Shown: positions 21,879 through 30,298 of the stretch, piece by piece
Position numbering within the stretch: position 1 is the first letter of the stretch
Layout of the letters: the number at the start of each line of letters is the position of its first letter
Assembly: GCA_963681965.1 (NCBI GenBank)
Contig: OY820579.1
Span: 3,200,001 to 3,264,000 of the forward strand
Reading direction: 5' to 3'
From: a bacterium
GTDB lineage: Bacteria > Electryoneota > JAOADG01
Length of the DNA stretch: 64,000 nucleotides
The notes under the pieces: generated by a model
The model's input: the letters and a program-made list of their open reading frames with translations, nothing else
Database searches by the model: none
Told to the model about the DNA's origin: nothing
Made by a program: the position numbers and the translations under genes

Positions 21879-22369
21879 CGTCGCGTTCCTTTCGTCTTCA
21901 TATTTTTCTCCTGAACGGGAAAGATCACTTTACCATCGACAATGCGATCCCATGAGTATTCTACGGTCGATCCATCGTTGAGGGTTATGGTGATACCCGA
22001 TTCCGAAACGGCGGTCAATTTTCCCAATGGACCTTGTAATGCCGGTTCACCATGAACAGTTAATTGAAGATGTTGCCCGATCTGTTTGGCGAATTGCCAC
22101 GGTTTTTGGAACGGTCGATCCAGACCCGGCGACGATACATCCAAGCGGAAGTTGATCGACTCCGGTAATTTTGCCTGTAACCAAGTCACCAAAACGCGTG
22201 TTAAAAATGTGATGTCGTCGATCGTCAAACTGGATTCGCGTCGATCAACATATAGTCGCAACCACGGTGAACGTTGCACTGCCGAATGGGTAAAGTCGAT
22301 CCATTCGAATCCGTGTCGTGTTACTTCCGCCTGTAACTCATCGGTTATGCGGAGCCAATCGATCGCCAT
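21875..22369 (-). CDS. rimP: Ribosome maturation factor RimP
   Basis: LRLYVD, LDVSSPGLDRP; first gene of the nusA-infB operon. Confidence 0.92.
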   Translation of the reverse strand: MAIDWLRITDELQAEVTRHGFEWIDFTHSAVQRSPWLRLYVDRRESSLTIDDITFLTRVLVTWLQAKLPESINFRLDVSSPGLDRPFQKPWQFAKQIGQHLQLTVHGEPALQGPLGKLTAVSESGITITLNDGSTVEYSWDRIVDGKVIFPVQEKNMKTKGTRR

Positions 22370-22459
22370 GTATCGAGAACCTTCGTGTGGGTAAATCGAT
22401 ATCGAAAATCGGAAATGCCGGGAATGCAGTAGTTCCGTATACGTATCGTCTAATAATAC

Positions 22460-22488
22460 GAGAGGTGGGTCTATTGACCCACCTTCTC
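22460..22488 (-). promoter_or_regulatory. rimP leader hairpin
   Basis: AGGTGGGTC-AATA-GACCCACCT about 90 nt upstream of rimP. Confidence 0.55.
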
Positions 22489-22594
22489 GACCCATAACAT
22501 AATACGTAATAACGGGGAATGCAAATAATAACGGTTATATCTCTACTCGGATCGGAGCTTAAATCAAGTACCGTAATTATTGAATATTATTAGA

Positions 22595-23266
22595 TTAACG
22601 TCCCGTGCGCAGTAAAATATCATCACACTGCTGTTTTAACGTCGAAGTCGGGAAATCGTGCATCACCTTCAACGCGTTAAGTTTAGCCTTTTCACGGTCG
22701 TTCATATTCATTGCGACCCGGGCTGCGTCGTACAGCGCTTGAGCTGCGGTGATACCGGTCTTGTCCATCTCATAGACTTTAAGGAAGTGGTCGTAGGCTT
22801 CAGCTAATTTTCCTTGAGCTTCCAAACAAACGGCGATTCCGTTCGTAGCGCCAATTGCGCGAACACCGCTACTCCGCATTTTCAGGAAATCCCGGAAACT
22901 TTTCTCGGCATCGGCATATTTCGCTTCGACTAATTTGATTCTTCCGAGAGTTAACATCGCCTCTTCGGCAACATCAGTACCTTTACGGCGCTGAATCAAA
23001 GATTTCATTTTATCTGTTGCGGTGGAATACTCCCCTTTGCCCAGATACGAGCGAGCTTCCGCTAATTCGTAACCGGCATCGCGATTCGCATTGGCGCGTG
23101 AAATCGAAATCGCCCAAATCACGATTGCGATCGCTACAACACCTGCTGCACCGTACGCGACATAGCGCCAATTGGTCTCGAACCAGTCCTGAGCTTTCGC
23201 CATGAAAAGTGCAAATTCGTCTTCTTTTACTAATTTCTTAGCCGATTTGGTTTGTCCCGTCGTCAT
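22595..23266 (-). CDS. Membrane-anchored TPR protein (YfgM-like)
   Basis: Single N-terminal TM followed by TPR-like helices. Confidence 0.75.
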   Translation of the reverse strand: MTTGQTKSAKKLVKEDEFALFMAKAQDWFETNWRYVAYGAAGVVAIAIVIWAISISRANANRDAGYELAEARSYLGKGEYSTATDKMKSLIQRRKGTDVAEEAMLTLGRIKLVEAKYADAEKSFRDFLKMRSSGVRAIGATNGIAVCLEAQGKLAEAYDHFLKVYEMDKTGITAAQALYDAARVAMNMNDREKAKLNALKVMHDFPTSTLKQQCDDILLRTGR

Positions 23267-23376
23267 CGAAAAAGGTTCCTCTCTGCTCTGAATCTCGTTA
23301 TTGCTTACAAACCTGTGAAGTTACAACAAATCTTGGGCGAATTCCAGTCAGGACGAATCCACTGGGCCGAAAGAAG

Positions 23377-23406
23377 TTGACATAATTATTTTTACAACCG
23401 TATTAT
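23377..23406 (+). promoter_or_regulatory. Orphan sigma70 promoter
   Basis: TTGACA-18 bp-TATTAT with no downstream + strand ORF. Confidence 0.5.
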
Positions 23407-23504
23407 ACATACTTACAAACGACGCAATTCAATACTAAATCGAGAGGGTTACAAATAGTATAATCTTCGGTATTATACTGTAATTGCTCGCTTATAGTAG
23501 AATT

Positions 23505-23526
23505 TACTAGTAAAATATTCGACACT
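23505..23526. repeat. Direct repeat copy 1 (partner at 25562-25583)
   Basis: TACTAGTAAAATATTCGACACT; 20/22 identical to copy 2. Confidence 0.65.
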
Positions 23527-23542
23527 GCTATAGTCTTCGTTA

Positions 23543-25444
23543 CTACAAGTTTAAAGCCTTCAGCTTGGAAAGCATCCCTTTCGCTAATTCGTTCGATGGA
23601 TCGATTCGATTCGCTTTTTCGAAGTATTGAATCGCTTCTTTGATATCGCTGCTTTCAGTAGCTTTCGTGGAATTCTCTAAAATCAGCGAAGCTAACATCG
23701 CCCACGAATCGGCATTTTTCGGATGAACCTTAGTGAACTTTCGTGCGGCTTCTTTGGCTTGCGCGAATTGATCGGTCTTTGAGTAAGCGATCGTAAGTTG
23801 TTGGTAACCATCCGGTGATTTTGGAAGAATTCGAATGAAATTTTCGAAACAGACTATGGATCGTTTGTTTTTTTGTTTTATATACAATGAACCTAACAAT
23901 CCCCAGGCATCGCCGTTATTGGCATCGCTTTCGATCGCACGCTCGAACCATTCGATCGCCAAATCGATATTCCCGTTCCGATAGGCGTCGATTCCCATTT
24001 GTTTTGATTTTTCTGACGTCTGTTTAGTATTTGAAGTTTGAACCGGTGTTTCGGATTTAAGCGCAACATTTTGCTCTTTCAGTACTGCCACCACGTTGTG
24101 ATGTCCCTTCGCCTCCGCAATATCCTGTGGGGTGTTGCCACCGGCATCCCGATAGTCAACTTTCGCCCCTTTCTTGACTAAGTATTCGACAATGTCGGCA
24201 TGTCCTTTTAATGCCGCATAGTGTATCGGTCTGGCATTGAATTCACGCTCACCGATCTGATTTGGATCGATTCCCGCTTCGATAAGAATCATCACTACTC
24301 GCAAGTGACCGTTGCTCGCGGCATAATGAATGGCTCCCATCCCCGATCGATCGCGACTCATTTTATCAGCTCCGGCTTCGATTAATTGCTCGACAATCCG
24401 CGTTTGATTCCCCGCCGCAGCAAGAAGTAGCGGAGTTAGCAATTTAAAGCCTTCGACTGCATTCAGATCTACTTTCTGAGATAACAAAAATGATACAACA
24501 TTTCCGCTTCCACGATTCGCCGCGATGTGAAGTGCGGTACCGCCATCAACACGCATTTTGGGATCGACGCCGTGTGCCATCAACCATTTGATCGTTGCGC
24601 AGTCGTCATTCAAAGCAGCTCGAATTAGTATCGGTATACCATCTTTATCGTTTCCATATAGATCCATTTGTGGCAAAAGTGAATCGATTGTCGCATCATC
24701 GCGGGATTTGATCGCTCGATAAAGCTTTTCCACTAATGCTGGATCGACTCGTTTGCCACACGATGCGCATTTTCCATTAACCCAATTATGTTTTTTCCCG
24801 CAACGACGGCACTCGCATCGAACCCAGTCGTGACCCATTTCGCCGACCGTACCACATCTCGAACATTTGCACCCGACCCAAGAATGCCCTTCCTCCCGAA
24901 ACGATTTCTTTTTGCCGCAAATTTTACAGACGCACCAATCCCAATCGTGACCTAGTTCGCCAACAGTTCCACAAACAGAACATTTACACCCAACCCACTG
25001 ATGCCCTTGTTCACGAAAACTTTTCTTCTTTTTGCATTTCGTACATTGACAGCCCGACCACTGATGTTGGGATTTACAGATCGATCCACATCGTTCGCAC
25101 TTTTCGCAGTCTTTTGTGAAGTCATGTTGATCAGTACGTGTTGCTTTACAGATCGAACATTGCTCACAGTTCTTCGACCATTCATGCTGATTGGAGCGAG
25201 TAGTTTCGCATTTGGAACAATGTTCGCAATTCGACGACCAATTGTGTTGGTTTAATCTGGTCGCTCCGCAGGTGGAACACTGTTCACAATTTTTCGCCCA
25301 ATCGTGTTGATCGGATCGAGTTGTGTTGCACTTAACGCATTTTTCACAATTCTTCGACCAATCATGATCCTGATCGCGAATCGCACCGCAAGTAGTGCAG
25401 ATACAGCCTTCCCATTTATGCCCTAATAAACATGATAAGCCCAT
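23543..25444 (-). CDS. His/Cys-repeat - ankyrin - TPR protein
   Basis: 12 HxW...C..C..C units, ankyrin repeats (GTALHIAA, TPLLLAA, AIHYAA, PIHYAA, TPQDIA) and C-terminal TPRs; SD GAGG. Confidence 0.85.
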   Translation of the reverse strand: MGLSCLLGHKWEGCICTTCGAIRDQDHDWSKNCEKCVKCNTTRSDQHDWAKNCEQCSTCGATRLNQHNWSSNCEHCSKCETTRSNQHEWSKNCEQCSICKATRTDQHDFTKDCEKCERCGSICKSQHQWSGCQCTKCKKKKSFREQGHQWVGCKCSVCGTVGELGHDWDWCVCKICGKKKSFREEGHSWVGCKCSRCGTVGEMGHDWVRCECRRCGKKHNWVNGKCASCGKRVDPALVEKLYRAIKSRDDATIDSLLPQMDLYGNDKDGIPILIRAALNDDCATIKWLMAHGVDPKMRVDGGTALHIAANRGSGNVVSFLLSQKVDLNAVEGFKLLTPLLLAAAGNQTRIVEQLIEAGADKMSRDRSGMGAIHYAASNGHLRVVMILIEAGIDPNQIGEREFNARPIHYAALKGHADIVEYLVKKGAKVDYRDAGGNTPQDIAEAKGHHNVVAVLKEQNVALKSETPVQTSNTKQTSEKSKQMGIDAYRNGNIDLAIEWFERAIESDANNGDAWGLLGSLYIKQKNKRSIVCFENFIRILPKSPDGYQQLTIAYSKTDQFAQAKEAARKFTKVHPKNADSWAMLASLILENSTKATESSDIKEAIQYFEKANRIDPSNELAKGMLSKLKALNL

Positions 25445-25561
25445 CCTGACCTCATGAATAGATTTGATTGCCTAAAAAAATAGCGCACTCAATGCACAGA
25501 AAATGAAAATTTGGTATGCGTATCCAGACATCTGATAAAAGCTACAAAACTTGATGTCAAC

Positions 25562-25583
25562 TACTCGTAAAATATTCGCCACT
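25562..25583. repeat. Direct repeat copy 2
   Basis: TACTCGTAAAATATTCGCCACT. Confidence 0.65.
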
Positions 25584-25732
25584 CGATATATCTCGCAGCA
25601 TTCAAATCGTTAGTTTATGCGAACACCTAAATAACATAATTATAAATTTTTAATCAACTCTGGTTGGCAGCAAAAAAAATAATCATTGAATCACATATTA
25701 TATCTTAATATAGCAATTCTAAGACGTATGTT

Positions 25733-26131
25733 TCAATCGCTAGAAAAGACTTCTCCTGACCGTTGGGTATACCCTAGACGTCTAAAGGAATCAAATGCAC
25801 CGAACTTGAATTTGATCGCATGCGATTTTAACGCATATCGCGGTGGAAAATCGCGATCCATCGGGTCGAATCGGGTATTGTCGATGGGTTTCGTCGAATC
25901 GATCACGGAGGTTACAAGGGTAATACCATCGCGCTCGAGAAACCAGGTAAACCCATCGCGCCGCACCTCGCATTTGTAGAGGACAGCACTGTCCCACTGT
26001 CCCTTGTTCTCAGTAAACTGGAATGGGTGCGGTAACCTCGTCGATTGAACCGATACACCGAGCGCGAGATTTCCGCACAAAAGTGTGAGGATACTAATCA
26101 GGAATAGTCGAGAGAACTTGCGATTCATCAA
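25733..26131 (-). pseudogene. Truncated N-terminus of a large secreted protein (FxENKGQ-type domain)
   Basis: Signal peptide then FTENKGQWDSAVLY...FLERDGIT; similarity appears to end after KSHAIKFKF. Confidence 0.55.
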
Positions 26132-26326
26132 TGCACCTCGCGCAGTCGAGATAGTTCACGCAATGGGAAATTTATACTCATCAATATATCACATTCCGAT
26201 TGTTTGTAAAACTAATTGCAAACTATTTTCTAATTAATTCAACTAGCCAGTATGATGACATTGCTGATCAATCTGTAGATTCGGTTTCTCATTCTGAAGC
26301 ACTCACCCATCGAACGGTGTTGATCT

Positions 26327-27070
26327 TTACCTGCTCTCATGTTTGACATCGTGTTCACCGAACATCCATTTGTGCCACAGATAGTCGAGGGAATCAACGT
26401 TTGCACCATAAACCTGTTCGATTTTACCCAATCCCAATTTATGAAGCTCCATTAGCTTCTTCTTACCATATCGTTCTTCGAGAAATTGATAAAAAAGTCC
26501 CGCTTGAGCGTATGCGTAACGCGTGTTTCCATTATCTGAGAGGAATAATTGATCGTTAGCGATCAGGAACCGGATAGAAAAGATCTGAAAATCATATTCA
26601 TCCATCAATTTTAGATATCGCTTCTTATACAATTTTCCAACGTTAGTAAGCTTGTTCGAAACGAATTCCGCCATTCCTTCGATTTCAAAACTACTGGCTC
26701 TCATTCCGAGTATGGCGTGAGTGGTTTCGTGAATAATTCCGCGCTTATCGCCGACACTAGCTTTATCGACATAAATGATATGATGGTGCGCCTCCATTCT
26801 TCCCGATTCGTATACATAGACTTGTAAGGTATCTTGATAAGTCGTATCGAAATACTGGGTAACGTCATGGATTGCGGTTTCCACGTTCCTGCGCAACTGG
26901 TATTTTTTCCAAATATTGAGTCCATCGACCAAGCTATCATCAATCACAATATTGTACTTTTTGGAAGTACCGCAACCATCACTCCCCAACAGCAGCAGCA
27001 TAGCGATCAAGCAAACCAATGCTTGACACATAATGCGATTGAAGAAAGATTTTTGGTTGATATCAGTCAT
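26327..27070 (-). CDS. HExxH (gluzincin / peptidase MA-like) lipoprotein, paralog 2
   Basis: Signal with Cys (LLLGSDGC), IIHETTHA, EGMAE, YAYAQAGLFY. Confidence 0.75.
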   Translation of the reverse strand: MTDINQKSFFNRIMCQALVCLIAMLLLLGSDGCGTSKKYNIVIDDSLVDGLNIWKKYQLRRNVETAIHDVTQYFDTTYQDTLQVYVYESGRMEAHHHIIYVDKASVGDKRGIIHETTHAILGMRASSFEIEGMAEFVSNKLTNVGKLYKKRYLKLMDEYDFQIFSIRFLIANDQLFLSDNGNTRYAYAQAGLFYQFLEERYGKKKLMELHKLGLGKIEQVYGANVDSLDYLWHKWMFGEHDVKHESR

Positions 27071-27174
27071 GGTGCGAAATCTCTTCTCCTTTTCGTTCAT
27101 GCAATCGCGTAAATAAAGATTTGGTACTTCTTGTTCGTCATGCCAAACTGCTGGAATATGCAGTGGCAGATCAG

Positions 27175-28014
27175 CTAATGCGAATTACTATCTTTCTGAT
27201 AATTCAGAAAACTCTTTTTTTCATTCCCAGACTTTCCCACCAATACGGGAGCTTCTTTACTCTCGCTTCGATAATGGTCGAGATCTTTTTCTTTGAACAT
27301 CCATTTTCGCCATAATGCGTCAAGTGAATCGACACTGACTCCATAAACCGATTCGATTTTACCAAATCCCTGCACGTAAAATTCTTTCAACTTCTTTTTC
27401 CCATAATAATCATCCAGGAAGAGATAAAATAAACCCGCCTGTGCATATGCGAATTTGATCAGTGCTGTATCCAGAAAAAAATTCGACTGATTTTTTATCA
27501 TGTAATCCAATGAGGAGATTGAGTAGTCGTTTCGGCTGAACGATTCCAAATATCGCCATATGACCTTTTGATAATTTGTATCGTCGGTCATAAATTTATT
27601 TTCCATTAATACAGCTAAACCTTCGTTCTCAAACCGTGTTCGATTGACACCCAGTACCGCGTGAGTCGTTTCGTGAACAATGTTATAATCGTGCTCAAGA
27701 TCGTCAATATTAAAATAAATTATATTGTTCCCGGCTCCGCTACCTCTAGTACTAAATATGTACACATGTAAGGTATCTGAATATGAAGTATCCAAATATT
27801 GTGTCACGTCGTAGATCGCTTCATCGATTTTCTTGATTATTTTATGTTTCTTCGAAGCACTAATCCCGCCGACATAGCTGTCGTCAATAATGATAGTATA
27901 CTTTTTTGAAGAACCGATCTGATTACAACCGAGCAGCAGGATCAGCGCCGGTATGCTACCGAAAAAGATCAATAACACTAGTGGTGAGAGAAAATATTTC
28001 GTTCGATCATTCAT
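27175..28014 (-). CDS. HExxH (gluzincin / peptidase MA-like) lipoprotein, paralog 1
   Basis: Lipobox LLGC, IVHETTHA, EGLAV, FAYAQAGLFY. Confidence 0.75.
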   Translation of the reverse strand: MNDRTKYFLSPLVLLIFFGSIPALILLLGCNQIGSSKKYTIIIDDSYVGGISASKKHKIIKKIDEAIYDVTQYLDTSYSDTLHVYIFSTRGSGAGNNIIYFNIDDLEHDYNIVHETTHAVLGVNRTRFENEGLAVLMENKFMTDDTNYQKVIWRYLESFSRNDYSISSLDYMIKNQSNFFLDTALIKFAYAQAGLFYLFLDDYYGKKKLKEFYVQGFGKIESVYGVSVDSLDALWRKWMFKEKDLDHYRSESKEAPVLVGKSGNEKKSFLNYQKDSNSH

Positions 28015-28124
28015 GGTGCACTCCACCAATCCCATGATCATTCAGCGCGATTCGCGCGAGAGAGTTTTCAATTAGTAATTTTTTGTTCGTCTATCACAAA
28101 CTGAACACGTTATGAAGGTTCTTG

Positions 28125-28199
28125 TACCCCCGATGCGACTCGAACGCATGACCTACAGATTAGGAATCTGTTGCTCTATCCAAACTGAGCTACGGGGGC
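28125..28199 (-). tRNA. tRNA-Arg(CCT)
   Basis: GCCCCCG/CGGGGGT acceptor, ACAGA-TTCCTAA-TCTGT anticodon arm, GTTCGAG T-loop. Confidence 0.97.
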
Positions 28200-28212
28200 A
28201 AAAAGAGCATTG

Positions 28213-28277
28213 TGCGACTCGCGCGTAAGAGCTACATATTAGGAATCTGTTGCTCTATCCAACTGAGTTACAGGGGC
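28213..28277 (-). pseudogene. Decayed tandem copy of tRNA-Arg(CCT)
   Basis: Aligns to 28134-28199 with 8 mismatches and 1 gap; T-loop and 3' acceptor strand lost. Confidence 0.85.
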
Positions 28278-28312
28278 GAAGAAGAATTATATCGCAGCGA
28301 TTATGTTTTATG

Positions 28313-28338
28313 GTAGGGGCGGTTCGCGAACCGCCCTA
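28313..28338 (+). repeat. GTAG-type REP palindrome
   Basis: GTAGGGGCGGTTCGCGAACCGCCCTA. Confidence 0.75.
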
Positions 28339-28543
28339 ATCCGGAATCGATGCACTAATTCAAATGAATTCGCTGACATCCAATCTTCCGGGAAAGTCGG
28401 AATTAATTTCGAGACGTCTGTCTTTCTTGATATTCCATTGGATTGATAGATACAGGAAATTGACGAAGGCGAAATATCATGTACCCCAACCGTAAAAAAG
28501 ACGAGCTGCAAATAGACGCGTTGGTCAAAACCTTAAAATAAGG

Positions 28544-28819
28544 TTAATACTCGATCTCGAAACCGCGATACCCTTGTGGATCGCCCCAATCAAATTCCAC
28601 ATTATTCACATGCGAAAACCGGTTACCGGTCTGAATGACATGTAACATCTGTTCCAACAGGTGCTTTTCGCCCTCGGCAGTAAATTCCACCGTACCGTCC
28701 CAACAGTTCCGTACCCAACCGGTCAAATCGAATTCCATCGCAGTTCGACGAACGAATGCCCGAAAACCGACTCCCTGCACCCGACCGGATACGATTCCGT
28801 GAAGACGAGTCTTCGCCAT
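28544..28819 (-). CDS. acyP: Acylphosphatase
   Basis: GRVQGVGFR, GWVRN..DGTVE; TAATG coupling to the asnS stop. Confidence 0.95.
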   Translation of the reverse strand: MAKTRLHGIVSGRVQGVGFRAFVRRTAMEFDLTGWVRNCWDGTVEFTAEGEKHLLEQMLHVIQTGNRFSHVNNVEFDWGDPQGYRGFEIEY

Positions 28820-30120
28820 TACGGATTGATCCGATAGATCGTCCGAGGGAAGGGGATAGTTTCGCGAATGTGATGAATTCCACAGATCCAGGCTGTTGTT
28901 CTTTCGACGCCGATTCCGAATCCGCTGTGCGGTACGGTGCCATAACGTCGTAAATCGAGATACCATTGAAACGGTTCCATCGGTAATTCGTGGTGTTGAA
29001 TGCGACCAACCAACGTATCGTAATCGTCTTCACGTTGACCGCTGCCAATTATTTCGCCGTACCCTTCCGGAGCCAGAAGATCGGCACCCAGCGCCCAACG
29101 AGCATCGTTGGGATCGCGCTTCATATAAAATGCTTTCACTTCGTGCGGGAAGCGATGCACAAACAGTGGTCGATCGAATTGTTTTGTCAATACTGATTCG
29201 TCCGGTGCACCAAAATCGTCGCCATCCTTCACGATCTGACCCAGATCGCGCAACATTGCCACCGCGTCGATATACGATATTCGCGGGAAGGGCTTCTGCA
29301 CATTTTCAAGTTTGCTCAGATCGCGACCGAGTTGTTCCAATTCGGTGCGACGCTCTGCCACAACCTGCTTGACCACTTCTACCATAAAATCTTCGGTGAA
29401 GTCGATCAACTCATCGAATTCCATCCAGGCAATTTCCGGTTCCACCATCCAGAATTCCGTCAAATGGCGACGCGTCTTCGACTTCTCTGCCCTGAATGCC
29501 GGACCGAAACAGTAGACTCGGTTCATCGCCATCGCACCGGCTTCCTGATAGAGTTGACCGGATTGTGAGAGAAACGCGCTCGTGCCGAAATAATCGACAG
29601 TAAACAGTGTCGATGTCCCTTCGCACGCGTTCGGAGTGAAGATCGGCGAATCGAAACAGATAAAACCGTTCGAATCGAGATAGTTACGAATCGCTTTGAT
29701 AACGCTATGACGCACCTTCAGGATGTTTACTTGATCCTGACGACGAACCCACAGGTGACGACGGTTCAGTAGAAAATCCTCACCGTGATCTTCTTCTCCC
29801 GGATCTTTCGGAGTAATCGGATACTCGACCGACGGTCCGACGATTTCCAAATTGGACAAGAAGATCTCATAACCACCCGGTGCGCGGCTGTCGGCATGCA
29901 CTTCACCGGTCACCCGTACCGAAGCTTCCTGTGCCAGACTATCCGATGCGGCAAATGTCTCGTCGCCGACATGTTTCTTGGATACGACTGCTTGGCAAAT
30001 TCCGGTACCGTCCCGCAGAATCAGAAATTTCAATTTGCCCGATGACCGCATTTTGGTTACCCATGCGCCGAGCGTTACCGTCTGTCCGTCAAATTCGCCA
30101 ATTTTATCTAGCGTAATCAT
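28819..30120 (-). CDS. asnS: Asparagine--tRNA ligase
   Basis: OB-fold, LSQSGQLY, FRAEKSKTRRHLTEFWMVE, PHSGFGIGVER; SD GAGG before ATG 30120. Confidence 0.97.
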   Translation of the reverse strand: MITLDKIGEFDGQTVTLGAWVTKMRSSGKLKFLILRDGTGICQAVVSKKHVGDETFAASDSLAQEASVRVTGEVHADSRAPGGYEIFLSNLEIVGPSVEYPITPKDPGEEDHGEDFLLNRRHLWVRRQDQVNILKVRHSVIKAIRNYLDSNGFICFDSPIFTPNACEGTSTLFTVDYFGTSAFLSQSGQLYQEAGAMAMNRVYCFGPAFRAEKSKTRRHLTEFWMVEPEIAWMEFDELIDFTEDFMVEVVKQVVAERRTELEQLGRDLSKLENVQKPFPRISYIDAVAMLRDLGQIVKDGDDFGAPDESVLTKQFDRPLFVHRFPHEVKAFYMKRDPNDARWALGADLLAPEGYGEIIGSGQREDDYDTLVGRIQHHELPMEPFQWYLDLRRYGTVPHSGFGIGVERTTAWICGIHHIRETIPFPRTIYRINP

Positions 30121-30163
30121 TTTTTCCTCAATTGTGATTCTCATTAATGCGTTGTCATCAATA

Positions 30164-30189
30164 GTAGGGGCGGACCCCCGTGTCCGCCC
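30164..30189 (+). repeat. GTAG-type REP palindrome
   Basis: GTAGGGGCGGACCCCCGTGTCCGCCC; first 25 bp identical to the copy at 43014. Confidence 0.8.
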
Positions 30190-30298
30190 GAAGTCCAGGC
30201 GAATCCTGACACAGAATTGAGACAACTGATTTCAAGAGAAACTAACAAATATGTGATTTAAACATTCCAGCATATTTCATTATTGCTGAATTGTTGTA

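Noticed and set aside
23300-23540. attR copy of the tRNA-Arg 3' end bounding the island
   Set aside because: No match to the tRNA 3' sequence was found by eye, and no integrase is present
24749-25420. Multiheme cytochrome c
   Set aside because: No CxxCH motifs (His precedes the Cys cluster) and no signal peptide
30121-30225. N-terminal extension of AsnS in the ORF track
   Set aside because: It runs through a REP element; the SD supports ATG 30120
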